A DNA stretch of 63,439 nucleotides, filler included, from Vezdaea acicularis (Eukaryota): assembly GCA_026025075.1 (NCBI GenBank). It is 4 parts of 4 records of this genome, joined end to end, with 100 filler letters (N's around TTAATTAATTAA, not from the genome) between each part and the next. Parts side by side here need not be neighbours in the genome. Positions count along the whole stretch, not along the records: positions 36,432 to 54,482 come from JAPEUI010000208.1; 3 more parts are not named here. One strand, given 5' to 3'. The notes under the pieces are model-generated. The model had not been told where the DNA came from. It made no database searches and saw nothing but the letters and a program-made list of their open reading frames with translations. A program made the translations under genes and the position numbers. Positions 36,432 to 50,479 of this stretch are shown here, one piece after another. Position 1 is the first letter of the stretch; every line of letters starts with the position of its first letter.

Positions 36432-39400
36432 GAAAGAAAGCGCTACAACCTGAACTCGTTAGCCTGCCAGCTGGAGACGATGAGGATCTTGTCGAAGCCA
36501 AAGAGGAAATAAAACTCGAATCCCCAGATATTACTGACGCCGTTTTGGATCGCGAAAAGCCCTTGCGAGATGTTGGAACTTCTCGCGATCTGGTCCCACA
36601 CGAACCTGGTGTAGGTCTTGTTGACAACGTCGAATCATATCGGGAAATACTCGCCGCCCCTGAAACCTTAGGAGAGGCTCCTGATATAGCCACCGATAAT
36701 GCCACCTTGTATCGTACGCCATCTGAGAAAGCTGCAGAGTTTGGAAATACTCTAGAAACTCCTAACCTTCAAATCCAAGCAGAGCCAGAACAGCCTCTTA
36801 CGACTCGTAAACAGACCAAGAAAGATAAGAAGAAAGGCAAGAAGAACAAGCTGTCTGTACAAGATGAGTCTGAGAATGTCTTGAACGATACACCGACAGA
36901 GAAGCCCAGAGAAGTCTCGACGCAAGAGACTTTGCGCACCGAGGCGGTAGATCAGAAAGCACAATTACAACCCACGGACATGATTAAAGACGAGAGTATA
37001 CAGGATACTTTCGCGAAGAATAAAAATATCTTCCAAGAGCCCGAAATTCGAGATAAAGCTGAGTTCCCGCCCACCCGCAAGCAAAGTAAAAAAGAAAAGA
37101 AGAAGGCAAAGAAGAGTAGAGTTTCAGTGGAAGATAATTCAGAGAGCGTGACTACTGGTACTCCAGTAGAAATGTCACGGGAGGTGTCGATAGAGGGGGT
37201 GTTGGGCGGTAACGGATTGGAGTCAGTAGAGGACGTACCAACGTCGTCTACGCTGGAGGAAGGAAAAGAGGAAAAGGTTGTGGTAGAAGAGAAGTCTAGG
37301 GAGGGAACCAATGCTGGGAAGATGCAATCGATTCCAGAGCAATTACCAGAGCATGCCAAGGATGTGCGTTCAAGCGCGACATTGCTGGACCATGGAGTGC
37401 CTGCTGCCATCATTGCGGTGCCTGAAACATCTTTTGAGCCTGATGAGGCAAAGGCCGCAGCGCTTATACAACGCCAATGGCGAGACCATAGAGTCCGCCA
37501 AGCAGCAAAAAGAGAACTTTCTGATAGCCGTGATATCTCCAAAAGCCTCACTCAGGATGATACCCAAGCTAGCCGCGATATTCTCGTCAATGAGAAGCTC
37601 GGTGATACGTCACTGGCAAACTTAAACCCTGACGCCAATACCAGTACGCAGGCGTTGGCTTCTGGTGATTGGTCCTTCTCGAACCTCGATGAGCAGCCAA
37701 GGGCCAAAGATAAGGATATCAAAGACGTGTCTGCAGTACAACCTTCGATTGAACTTGAAAGAGAAGAACCAGCAGATTCTGAGCCAGAAAATGTGTCTTT
37801 CGAGCAGCCACTTTCACGTAAGCAATCGAAAAAAGACAAAAAGAACAAGAAAGTCAAGCAGATCGCTGCCAAGTTCGAAGAACAGTCTACAGATTCTAAG
37901 ACAGAGAAATCTCGAGAAGTGCTACCCAAAAGAGGCCTGCCAATGGACAATAGAGATGGCCTACCTTCCAAGGAGCCCTTATCTCGCAAGCAATCAAAGA
38001 AGGACAAAAAGAAGAAAGCAAGTGCAGAGGAAAGCCTTAAGAGTACTGACATGGCTGGATTAGTCGAGATGTCACGCGAAGTACCAAGTCAGGGGCTTGA
38101 GCCCGAACGGGAGGTTTCCGCCAAGAAATCTAAAAAAGACAGGAAGAAGGCAGCGAAGACGGACGTTAACGTCGAAGAAACGCTGGTAGAAGTGCAGCCC
38201 AAGTCTATCGATGCCGGATCTGGAAAGGAGATCTTGGCCGAACAAACCAAAAGAGCGGAGCAACAGGAACCTACCGGGCTCCGGAGCCTCATTGGCGGGG
38301 AAAGGCAAGATGAAAGTGTTACCCTGCCACCGGCGGAGCCTAAGACCATCTCTAGCGGAAAACTAGAAGGGATTATATTGACTCCTCATCCAACTATTAA
38401 AGTTTCTCCTGAGCAACGTTCAGCCACCACATCGCCCTCGCTCATAGTGCCTGAGCTACATCAGCTTCCTCTAAGTAGACCGGATTCCCCGTACGAACCT
38501 GAACGACAGCCAAAGGGGACAGCGCCTTCAAGCTCTGCAGCATATTCTAATCCCGTAGGAGAGCTTCAGGAAGAGTCAAAAGACTTGTACTCCCACTTTG
38601 GTGAACCGGAGGACGAACAGCATTTTCTGGCGCGCTCGAAGTTTGTCAATAAAGATAGTGCCGTACATTCTCCTGGATCTCCTGAGGTCTATCAAGGCTC
38701 TAGCAATAGGAGCATTATTCATCACAGCGGAGTCCACCTTACTGATAGTCCAACGTTACCTTCACCTAGTGAGGTCTCTGAATCTCTCGAGCGCGGTGGG
38801 AAGCCTGAGCACAAAGAAAGTCACAGGTCCTTCGACTCTGCTGATCCTCTCAATGTTTCTGTCGAACTCGATCCTTCAGTTGATGTTTCTGTTGAGAGGC
38901 ATCATCCTCGCAGCAAAGATCAACCTGATAACCAATCCGGCAGATCTGTCGAGATTCATTGGAAACCTGACCAAGCGCCTTCCGTAAGGGAGTTGGCACC
39001 TTCAGACAATACAATTCATGAGTCTACTAGACGCTTGTCACCTGCACAGTCGATGGAGGATCTTCCGCCCGCTCCTATTGAAGCCGAAACTAAAGAGAGA
39101 GACTCGAACCTCTTCAAAAACTCACCAGGTTCGAGGAGCTCGCCAGCAGGTCGCCGTGGTTTCGAGATAGACGGAGGGGTGGGTCAGAGTCCTGCATCCT
39201 TGCAGGGCTCGCCGCTTTCGAGAGACTCGTCTAGGGGGCGCCACGGCCTCGAAGCAGACGAAAAAGCGGAGCAGTTTCTTGCGCATTCACGACCACGCAG
39301 CGAACCAAGGCAGAAGAACCTCCAAAGCTCGGGCGACCAAGATATGTTGACAGAGGAGAGAAAACTATCATCTCCTCCTCCAGACGAAGCAACAGTTTCC

Positions 39401-41973
39401 AGGGCACGTGCGAAGAGTTTCGCTGCATTGAGTGGTGCTGCAGCTCTAGGCGGAGTAGCAGCCCTTGCAGCCGCCGACCACGAAAAGCAAGCGCCTCGTT
39501 CTGCAGTATACAACATCCATGGCGAGATGTTCGAGTCGCCGCGTACACCATTAGGATCGGAGAAAAGACCTCTTGATACAATAGTTGAGCAGAGCTCGCC
39601 TGACGAATCGCCCCTCGATCGAAAGGGTCGACATATCTCTTTGGAATCGTCCGGCCGTCCGATGAAGACCTTGAGACGGGTAGCATCACCATTGTCACAA
39701 GAGCACCAGGATGAGAAATCAAGAGATATGGGCGCGCTTCATGTTCTTTCGGATCACTCCCGCAAAGCGGAGAGTGTTGTTTCAACCGAGGACATCCTCT
39801 CCAGACTATCTTGGCCTGATGTCGACGACGACGAGCATACGGTTGACCTAGAGCGCGTCAAGAGCCGCACGGCTGACCGTCGTACTCCTAGTCGTCACAG
39901 CAACGGTTCTCCAATTGGCAGTGGTCTTGGCACAAGAATTGAGGATCGTAGATCCGCAAGCGGGCAGAGCAATCGATCCAGTGGCAGGCGTATAACACCA
40001 GATCGAGACATATTACGCCCTGGGAGTGGCCTTGCACAGCGTTCATCATCTGGAACACCTCCATTGCGCAGGATTGATCGAAGTCTGAGTGGCGACCTTC
40101 GGGCCGTCAGCAAACGTACGGAAGCGAAACTCGCTAAAGAGCGAGCCGAGCTTGAACGCGACCCGCTTCCTTCTTCCTCGACCTACGACCCGTTAACTGA
40201 CAAGGGCAAAGGACGGGTGAAGGACATGGCGGACGTCTTCGTAAGTGAATCAATCCTAACATGTAGTGAAGATGAAGGAGACGTTAATGCTGATAGAATC
40301 CTAACGTTCAGGAAGGATGGGGCGACGTCCATGGCTCCCCGCTATCGCCGACCCGCGATCGGCCACCAAGCATGCGACGGCGGCAGAGCACACAAATTCT
40401 CGACCTTGAAAGGAAACTCGACGAACTCGCATCACGAAATGAATCGCTTGCAGAGCAGAAAGCTAAAGCTGATGAGCTCCTCGAACAAGCTCTAGAAAAC
40501 CGCAGTCGCAGTGCAGGTGGCTTGGACGACGCACTGCAAGAGCGCGATCGCCAAATCGCTGAGAAAGATGATGAGCTCGAACGGCTGAAGAGCACTCTCG
40601 ACTGGCTACAGAATGAGGTGAAAAGGCTTACCCAAGTCAACGAAGGTTTGACTGCAACAACAGCCACACTCGCCGCAACACACGAACAGCGCTTTTCTGC
40701 ACTACAAGCTGAACACGACAAGAAGCATCAACAGCTTGATTCCACGTCGCGTGAGCTCGACCTAATAAGAAGCCAGCATGGCGAGTTACAAGGCAGAATG
40801 GAAGGGGTTGTACGAGAACAGATCGTGGATGCTCTCCAAGAAAAGGACGCCGAGCTGGACCGTCTACACCGCGAGCTCGAAGACGCCAAGGCAGAGATCC
40901 GGAGACTTCAGGAGCAAATCCTAGCATCCAAGCCTAGTGACAACTTCCTGGTCGTTAGAGATGAGGATTACTTCGATGCTGCATGCCAACAGCTATGTGC
41001 TCATGTCCAAACCTGGGTCGTGACCTTTAGCAAAGTGAGCGACCTACAAGGCGCACGGCTGGCCGATGAAGTCCGAGACGAGAAGATCGTAGATCGCCTC
41101 GAGAATGCAGTTCTTGACGGTAGTGACGTCGATGAATATTTACGAGACAGGAAAAAGCGACGCGATGTATTTATGAGCGTAGTGATGACAATGATTTGGG
41201 AATTCATCTTCACGCGCTACCTCTTCGGAATGGACCGTGAACAGCGGTCGAAACTAAAAGGGCTCGAGAAAAATATTTCGGAAGTTGGTAAGTCTTGAGA
41301 ACTCCTCCACCTACAGAGCTTTGAGGCTTATTAGTCTTGTCCAGGTCCCGAAGCAGCCGTCCATAAATGGCGCGCAACAACCCTAACGCTCCTGTCTCAA
41401 CGACCCTCCTTCAGCGATCAGCGCGAAAATGACACCCTCGCCGTGTCGCATGAGATCCTCAACACGCTTTCTGCCATCCTCCCACCTCCCTCGGACCAGC
41501 AAAATAAATTGCTGGAGTCTTTGAATGCAGTCCTTCGCTCTGCGGTCACACTCTCAATCGAGATGCGCACCCAACGCGCAGCCTATATGATGCTGCCTCC
41601 ACTACAACCTGAATACGACGCGAATGGCGACGTAGCTAGGAAGGTACCGTTCCAAGCAGCCTTCATGAACGAACGAGGTGGTGCCTTTGGTCCAACAAAA
41701 GCAACAATCGATAACGAGGAATGGGAGAGGCGAGGAAGTGTAGTGCGTTTAGTCCTCTTCCCACTTGTCGTAAAGCGCGGAGATGAATCGGGGGTTGGAA
41801 ACGAGGAGATCGTTGTTTGCCCTGCTCAAGTCCTTGTAGCAAGAGATGAAAACGACTCAGAAAGGAGAGGGGGGAGTAAAGGAGTCCGGATTCTGAGCGA
41901 GGGAGCGGCTAGTAGGCCGAGCGTTGTCCACGAGGAGGCGGAGGAGGATGTTGGCATGGGTGGGATGATCTAG
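36432..41973 (+). CDS. lah: Leashin-like (involucrin-repeat-type) Woronin body/septal tether, C-terminal part; 5' end lost in the gap
   Basis: Long acidic low-complexity frame with repeated LSRKQSKKDKKK blocks, PSSSTYDPLTDKGKGR..MADVF|EGWG, coiled coil, DEDYFDAACQQLC, EMRTQRAAYMMLPPLQPEYD; introns near 40241-40311 and 41288-41344. Confidence 0.75.
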
Positions 41974-42923
41974 AAGCCTGCGATGCTTAAATTTTCTTGT
42001 AACACTGTCTTGAGCATGAGCGAGCGATTCCCTGTACGATGGCATTTCATGGTCTTTGTTTTATTGTGCAAGCGTACAAAAGATTGGATCCCATATTGGA
42101 TCAACGGATCTTATGTTATGAATAAATAGTTTCACGAATTTCATTCAATTGTCATTACGACTCTGTGCTTGAGTCATGCCTAGTAGGTTCACCCTTTGTC
42201 GCCTTTATGTTCACCTGCCGTAGCTGAGATAGGTATCCCTTTTATGGATTCTCACCTAAAAGCCAAGCCAACCTTCGAGAAGAAAATATCACCTCACAAC
42301 GTTGGAAATTTCAACGAAAGGAGTCCCAAGCTAGCAATATAAATGTTCGCTGAGCTGAAGCAAACAAAACGCCCAAAGACTTTTCCATGGAAGTTACAGA
42401 ACCGCCAAGACGAAGGCATCATAGAGAACCTGTGAAAGTCATCTGTTACTGGAAGCGGGTAGACGTTGCCACAAAACTCAATGATAGATTCGAAGCCAAG
42501 GCTACAGCCGCAGATGTAAGGAATGCTTGTTAAGTGAGAAGAGAGAGTTTCAGTGAGCTTTTGGAGGTCAGATGCGCCAATGGAACTCTTGTGAGTTTTG
42601 GGTATTAGTATTGGGGTATGCCGCTGCTTTACCTTTTCACTACGGAGATATGTCTCCTTCTCCTCTTGACTAACTGACTGACAACGGAATCCCATGCTTT
42701 TACGTGAGAGAACAATGTAAGGCCTTCAGGCAGTAGGACGCCTATGATTAGAATTAGACCACTCATTCGTAAGTGGAGGGACACATTCACTTGAACCAGG
42801 ACACAGAATTTATCCCTTGGTCGGACGCCTCAACACTAGCTCTTCCCATTTAAAATTCTCAAGATGGAATCACCTTCATCTTTTCTCATACTTTCTCTTT
42901 AATACTTCTTTCCTAAAGTAATC

Positions 42924-43841
42924 ATGGAAGGTCAACCGCTCCGACCAATCAACATCCGGCTCCTGAGTCCGTCAAATACGGTCCATCAAACGTCCTCCGA
43001 GCCTTCCCCTCGGAGCGATAGACCCAACTCACCTTCCTCGGTCGGCTCCGCCTCAACAACTCCAGCACCATCAATAATTGACCAGCAATTTCTCTCTGAT
43101 GCAAGACTCGGCATGTCCTCTTCACCTTCAGAGCCACCGTGGCCTCGCACCGCCCCCCTTAAGGAGATCCAATTTGACTTCATCCGCGACCAGATCCAAG
43201 GGCAGAAGAATCATAACATCTATGTAAGTTACTTCGTGGTTTCATATCTTATCCACTACTATCGTCTCTGCTTCAGAGATCAACCTTTCTCTCCTCTGCG
43301 GATTTCTGAGTTTCTCCACTCGACTCCTTGACCTCACCTCACTCTAAGAAAAGCCGGAAAGCTGACTGTAAATCACCCACTTTAGCATTACGGCAGCGAC
43401 AATGTCTGTCCAATAGACTGGGAAGTCATCAATTATTACTTCACGCAACGCTTCTGGCGCTTCATCAGCAAGGACACGCTCTGCCTCGCTTACGAACGGA
43501 GCTTTGAGGAATGGGACCGGGCATGCAGTGCCGAAGAACCGAAAAATCGAATGAAAGTACTGAAGCGGCGTTTAGACTTTGAAAACGAGGTTGAGCGGAG
43601 GACCAGGTTGGCGGAAGAGGTATATGGAGGAGCTGAGGCGATCGCTAGGAGGGCCAAAGCGGGGGGGAAGAGCGAAATAGGTATGGACCGCTCAGGAAAG
43701 GGGCTTGGCGGGGAGAGGGTCGTCCTCAGAGGAGGTGCAAGCCAAGTGGACAAGCCTAGGAGGAAGGTGATTACGAGGGAGACGGTAGAAGCTGATGCTG
43801 ATGCCAGGGAAGCTGCGGCTTTGGCCCTATCTTGGGGTTGA
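42924..43841 (+). CDS. Hypothetical protein, 2 exons (42924-43223, 43386-43841)
   Basis: The GTAAGT...CTGAC...TTTAG intron joins the 135-aa and 96-aa ORFs in frame (NIY|HYGSDNVCPIDWEVINYYF). Confidence 0.6.
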
Positions 43842-44619
43842 ACCAGTACAATCAAGGGGCTCTCTGGTAAGGACTAGGTCACAGAAGGAGGCAATTGCAA
43901 ATACTATAGCAAGCACGAGCATAATCCACAATACGGCGAGTGAGGTTAATGGAAACCAAAAGTTTATAGAAGAAAGAGTGAAGACTCTGAAGGAAAGTGA
44001 GGATCCTGCTGCCTTTGCTGTACACTGAAATCATGATACCAGAAGCTTCGGTGGTTGGTGAGCTGAAGATGCTGGCGGCATTGGACCCCACAAGATAAAC
44101 AAATGCCATGACCACAAAGGTGGTGCGCTTAGTAGAAGACTTATGCACTGTGTCTTCTAGTCAGTAGAGAAGCTTAATAAATTCCCAAAATTCTAATGCT
44201 GGGGTCTCCGGACCTGCGAGGAACGAGCTAGATCTGCCGATGAAAGAAGTCTCCCGCTTTATCTGCTTTACTGGCTCTGGTCTGACGGAAGACGTAGCAG
44301 ATAAGGTGCCGGAACTGATCGCCTAATGCTGAGATATATGAAAGCAGAGCCACAACTCCGTTTCAGGAAGAGATATTAGCTCAATGAACAGAAAATATGA
44401 CTACGATTGACATTGACGCATAGGAGGCAGATCGCCCTACGCTTGGGTACGACAGGGAGCTCAGCATGACTGCCAAATAGATGGTTTCAAGACAGGGCTT
44501 CTAAATGCTGCATCAACTAGTCGAAATTGGTGTGCGCAGCATGATGCGATGCCTTGATGTAGTATATTCACAGTCTGCTCTGACATAACTGCTAGCAGGA
44601 ACCCCATAATTATCCCCCC

Positions 44620-45340
44620 TCAAAGCTTCAAACTCCCAAGCTTCATCTCTATCGCCTCCCACACAAGTCCATCCCCGCTATCACAGCAAGCGGCCGAGAT
44701 ATAAGTGGCATTACACGCGCAAGCGAGGTTCTCTATGATCTCACTTCTTCCACCCAAGCGCCTTTTCCTCCCAAGCTCCGAAGCTAGCGCCAAGGTCCAG
44801 CAAATCGCCGTGGGCGCCACAGGATCTAGTCCTAACCCAAACTTGGCGATGAGTGATGAAGACGGTTCGATGCACTGGTAGTCCTCCCTCGCTCCCGGAA
44901 TGCCCCTGCAGTCTTCCGGTCCAGTACAGGAGGCCCCAGCCTTCGGGGTTTTCCTAGAAAGTGCCTGCAGTGGGGCAGCAACCAATTTCGGTCTTCGGAT
45001 ACGCATTCCTGGTTCCCCTGCAGGAATGACTGCGGGCTTGGCCATGGGGTCGTAGGAGACTGGTGCCATGGCGCAGCAGGTATTGTTCCCGCAACCAAAA
45101 GACGATCCAAAGGCGTCATCTCCACCTACCGAGCCTTCGCATGAGCCGGCCTCCGATGCAGTCGTAGCGTGCAAGCCTGGTTTCACAAGGACGTCCACAT
45201 CCCCATTGCTATCAGTGATAGTGCAGCCGCCGTTGCGGAGGTCGATGTGGCCGCCCGTAGCGAGAAAGATCAGGTCTGGCGGTGTCGTCGCTTTGCGCTG
45301 CCTTTCTTGGGTCGAACAATAGCATCGGGTGTGACTGGTT
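44620..45340 (-). CDS. Cys-rich hypothetical protein, C-terminal part
   Basis: Stop-free frame with TRCYC, CGNNTCC, CTGPEDC, CACNATYISAACC..GLVWE; start not resolved. Confidence 0.55.
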
Positions 45341-46279
45341 GAGATGTTATCATATGCGTAGGAAGCTTGAATGGGGGACTCACCACCAGATATGTGTGGC
45401 AGCGACAAGGAGATCTTGTAGGGACTGGAGATCATGTCTTATGAAGTCTGGGTGGCTTAACTCTTCCGGGAAATCGACTATCCGCGTATTTCCAGCGCGC
45501 AGACATCTTTTAAGGCTCATCAAGTTAACACTGAAAAAGGTGTTGACGGGAATTGGGCCTGACTCACATGCCACCTAAGTTTCCGCGTATATTGCCCCCA
45601 TAGAAGCGGTGGGCACATAGTTCTTGAGCGTTATCATAAACTAGTGGGAGCGGGTGGGTGGCCTATGAACAACAGATGAGATCTTTCCCGTCATGAGTTT
45701 TGTATACTGAGAAATGCTCACCCCTGCAAGCAACTGGTTAAGCCATATAGGTAGTCCGAATAAATTTGAACACCTGATCGAATTTTGACGCTAGTTGAGA
45801 GTCAGCGTGATGGCTGCTTGAATTCGAATACATAGAAACCAACCGCCCCAGTTGTGTATTGTAATTCAACCTCATAACCATTGCTGTTTTCCAGTGCGTC
45901 TGGCTGAGCTACCCTCTCGCGCTCCCAGATATCTACCTCATTATAATCGACAAATTTTAAAGGGAGCAAGACGGTCCCCTGTCCTCTGCTGTTAAACCAG
46001 CGAAGCTGGCCAGTGTCGAAGAAAAAGGTGTCGACACCTTTATAAGAGTGAGTATCTCATTTAGATTGGACCTTATATCAGGATGTACCAGAATGTGGGA
46101 TTAGGTGGGCATCTAAACCGTTATTTATAGGTTGATTGTCACCCTCATAGTCGCAGAAACATTTGGTACGGCCTTCGGCTCTGTTAGTAGGTGTCCATAA
46201 ACCTTATTCGATCTCAATTAGCACCCACAATATAGATTCAGCCTAGTCCACTGTCGAAAATCATGTTGCGGCTGAAATA

Positions 46280-46716
46280 CTACCTGGAATAAGTAGGGTA
46301 ATTCAGTAAATGGATGTTACGGATACGAATGGAAAAAATCGAAAAGAATACCTCTCCCTCAAACCACCCGCAATACGCATTTGCAAATGCTTGAACGCCG
46401 CCAAAGAGAGTCGAGGCGCATATTTGAAGGACGGAAGTGGGACCAACGACTGGAAAGTTGAGCCACCAGAATCCTGGGAAATCGCCATCGCAAATAAGTG
46501 AGCCTCGAATATCAAAATCGCCATTTGGATCGTGATCGAGTGTACTATCCCGCCTCATCCAACCCTTAAGACGGTAAGATTATATATTGCACTCTGTCCC
46601 ACGCTAGTGTGACGTACCACTGGATTTGGTGCAATAGAGAAGCAACACAAGAAAGAAAGAATGGTTAGAGTTAATGCCCTAGCTCCACCAGGCAAGTCGT
46701 TGCGATACTGCAACAT
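46280..46716 (-). CDS. Probable N-terminal exons of a secreted Cys-rich protein (may belong with 44620-45340)
   Basis: Signal-like MLQYRNDLPGGARALTLTILSFLCCFSIA; the GTACGT..TTAAG intron joins in frame to ICDGD..QICASTLFGG..NAYC. Confidence 0.4.
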
Positions 46717-47804
46717 CCTTCTTCGACGCGAGATATGCGGCAAAAGTAAGCGGGCAAAGTCATGGCGCACGACGTATGAAAGAAGTATTTGAGCAACTCC
46801 CAAAGCCTTGATTAGACTGCTTTTCTAGATAGGTCTCATGTAAAGCAATCGAGGGTGAACAGGGGTTAGAGAGTATTCTAGACCCTGGTCTAGTGCGCTG
46901 CATGGTTCACATGTGGCCATGAGGCCTAATCCTGCGAACGGACGAAATCTTAAAGATCTGTCATATACGTGCTATCAATGGTGAGAGCATGTCTCATGCG
47001 ATATGACGAGCAAGGAACGTTACCCTAGCAGGCTAGTGTAAGTCATAGCTCAAGACGCGTGGCTGTTACAAGGAAGCAACAGAGGTGTTTTCCACCGTGC
47101 GATAACCGTGGCTGCGAAAAAGAGCGGTTTAAAGGCTTGCCATGAAAGCAGCGTTCATCTAGCAAATAGACCAGACCATTGGGATCGTGTGGGACCCCTA
47201 GAAACAGATAGATGGTTTAGGAATACTACACGGACCATGCAAGACTTTCAGACCTGTAGAATCGTTGTTGTTTGGGGCGTGCTGGTTGAAAACTTGGCTG
47301 GGTTCACCCTTTCGTTGAGTTTCTACAACGGTATTGAAAGCTGGTTTGCCCGCAATCTTGAGAATTTACAGTAATCCAGAATGCCCCATTCTTTATTTGG
47401 AAATCCTTTAATGACAGCTCTAATTTAAAAGACGTTACACTATTTCCAAGATTTGATGGTCAAGGGATCGCAGCAAGTTGCGTCATCACGGTCTTCATTC
47501 TGGTCCCTGCGTCCACCGAAGTGTCAGCTACCAGGTAACGAAGTGACTTTACATATGCCCTACATGCTTCAAGGATCAACGCTGATCCATTGACAGCTTC
47601 GGAGTGGACGAAACATTAACATAAGATTTAGCGATAGGCCCATGATGCCCCAAAGTAGCGCGTTACACGATCAGGATCTGTTGACCATGAGTCAAGATAG
47701 ACATGTTGATCGCCCAAATGTCCTATCAATGCTATCTTATCAACATGGTTTGCCCGGTCATTCGATGAGGAAACTACTATATTTACAGTAGGATACGAAA
47801 GTAT

Positions 47805-50479
47805 TCACAACTCGAGCATTCGCCCTACCTCGTCGGACGATTTGAACCACCCACTTTCCCTGATACGAAACACGAAGTTGGCTATGACAGCTGCCAGCAG
47901 ACCAATACAAAGGGCCGTGGGGCCGTAGATATCATGATAGCGGACTGCTCTCCTCTTGCGAATCTTATCTACTCGCCAGAGATATAGCACTAAGCTATAG
48001 AGAAGGGCCAAGCAGGCGACGATCGTAAAACCCCAGGCAGATAGGAGCGAAACGTCGTCGCCGAAGTTGAGCAATGTAGCAGCAATGGTACCCAAGACAA
48101 TACCGAATTCAAGCTGTTTAGGTCTGGTGAGCACGGATTCAGGATCAGTGGAAACAATGTCTTACCCATGAGAGGAAAGTACGCTCTGTAGCAAAATAGA
48201 CTTTCGGCTCCACACGCACAGGCACGTGGATGCGCTTTCCTTTCGGTGCCCTGAATCTTTCTTGACGCACCTGGCCGCCAAGAGGATCCAATGCACCTGG
48301 TCCTGGCATTGGTGTCGGTTTCGGACCAAGTATCTTCTTAAACATGCCGAGAGCACGGCTTCCAGCGATTTGCGTATGCCTCTTGATCAACTTCCTGCGG
48401 TAATACCAACCACCAATTCTTTTTGCCTCTTCTAGGTCATCTTCTTCGTCATCGGAGTCGTAGAGAGGGAAAGCATCAGGGTATGCCGCGCGCTGAGCCG
48501 CTATACGTTCTTCGACATCGAGGGAGTTGACTGGATCGGAATAGTCGCTCGCACGATGGATCTCGTGCTCTTCCATCACTTCTCGAGCGTTACGTAAGCG
48601 GCGCATTTCTTCGTTCTCATTGCCATCTTCATCACCAAGGACGGTGTGACTCTCCGCGGAATCCTCATGTTCTCCTTCTTCCTCCTCATCCTCTTCCGAA
48701 TCGTCATCTAGAGTATCATCGCTCGTAGTGTAGCTTGCAGAGTGTCCAGGTCGTTCAATCCCAATATGCCGGGAAACCGGTTTCCGGATATCCGTTTCCA
48801 TCTGCGGCATCCAATAGGGTAGGAGGTCGATCTGGTCTGGGAATAGGGTAGCTGTGCCGTGAATAAATTTGCTAAATTTTGGAACGGCTTCTACGAGATG
48901 GCTTGCTATTAGGTCCCGAATCCATTCTGGCGGTTCTTGACCAGCTTGCGTTTGAAGTTTTACTTCTAGTACGGCGTACGGAAATAGCTCGATGTCTTCC
49001 TTAGGTAGCTGAGAGAATGGCCAGTCTACCCCAATATCCATCCGCCGCCAATTCTTTCCGCACCTTTGTCGCTCGCCCATGTTGTCCTCCCGTATCATGG
49101 ACAGCTCGGTATCGAGTGAGATTCGTACTCTGGCATCGCCCGGTAGCTGGAAAGCGGTGCGATGGTAGAAGGAGCGCGTGACCGGCACTAGCTTCTTAGT
49201 GATGATAGTGTACTGGATTTCCCGAGCGAGCTGCTCAAGATCATTGACCTCCTTTTCGCTCTTCTTGCCGTCTCTCCGCATCTTTTCGAATATACTCTCC
49301 ACTGTCATTTTTCCTGATAGGAAAGCATTAATATTCTTCTCCTTTGTGGAGAACCTCGCTTTTACAGACTTCTCCCCAGTCCAGTCTTCCCGATGAGTCT
49401 TTCGTTCAACAAAGATAGTCTCTGTATCCATCCCTCCGTACCATCGAAGCCGGATAGCTTCAGCACCCTCTGTCTTTTTTAATCGACCGGTGTAGAGCTC
49501 CCACGTTTCGGGGTTGTCGTAGTATATTGACGAGATGGCGGTATCCTGCATATCGAAGTCCTTACTCGGGTTGAATACAAGCACCGGTAAATGCTAGTTC
49601 GCGTTAGCTTGGGCAACTCGATGTAGGCCATGTGGATCACTTATGACCTTTAATATTATAAGCTTCAGCTCTGTGATATTGTCTGCGTGAACCCAATACT
49701 TGGTCGTCTGCCGCACAAAGTTCTGTTGTCCGCCTCCAGCAGCACTATTACCAGTAATCGGGTGTCCTCTTGTGCGCACTAGGTCGTAAAGCTTTGATAG
49801 TTTGACAATGAAAGCGTCATAATTGTCATTGAAGAAAGGTTTTGCTTTCAGCCGCGCCGCAAAGACCGGTCTCAAGTGCCATGAGGTTTGTTTCTGGCAT
49901 GCTGTAAGTTGGGAGCGAGCTTGAGACTAAAGAAATCGACGAGGACTCACATCATGCTTCTTGATGATCTTTTGGAATCCGGTATAGTTCAATTGGGTGA
50001 ATTTTGCCAGATCATGGACGTCTGCGATAATCTCGCTCAGATCTTCCTCTAGTAGCAAGAAATCATCCTCCGTGGGTACGCCTGTGGCCGTCTCTCCCTG
50101 GTCCTGACTGCGTTCTGGACCCCGCTGATCTAACTTGCTGACCACATCATTGACCTCTCTTTCCGAGACCTTGATCCTGCGTATTATTTCGCCACTTTTG
50201 ACTTTCTGGAAGGTAAAGACCTTATCTAGTTCTCCTTCTAGCTCTGCTACAAAGCGCTTCTCGTCTTCTTCGCTCCATGGTCTTCGTTTTGGCTTGGGAT
50301 TCTGTGGTGTTGGTGCTGTTTCGTAAGGTGTTTTCAAGCTGTTTTTGAGTTCATCATACGAGATGTAGTAATAGTAGTAATCTTTTATCAATGAGCTGCG
50401 AAGCTGCTGGCCAAACCTGGAAGAAACTGTCAGCCCAAGCAAGCTCTCAAGTGAACATCCTCAGGGCGGAATACCTCAT
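47805..50479 (-). CDS. VTC4: Vacuolar transporter chaperone 4 (polyphosphate polymerase; SPX + VTC + TM domains), multi-exon
   Basis: [92 protein letters not shown]. Confidence 0.97.
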
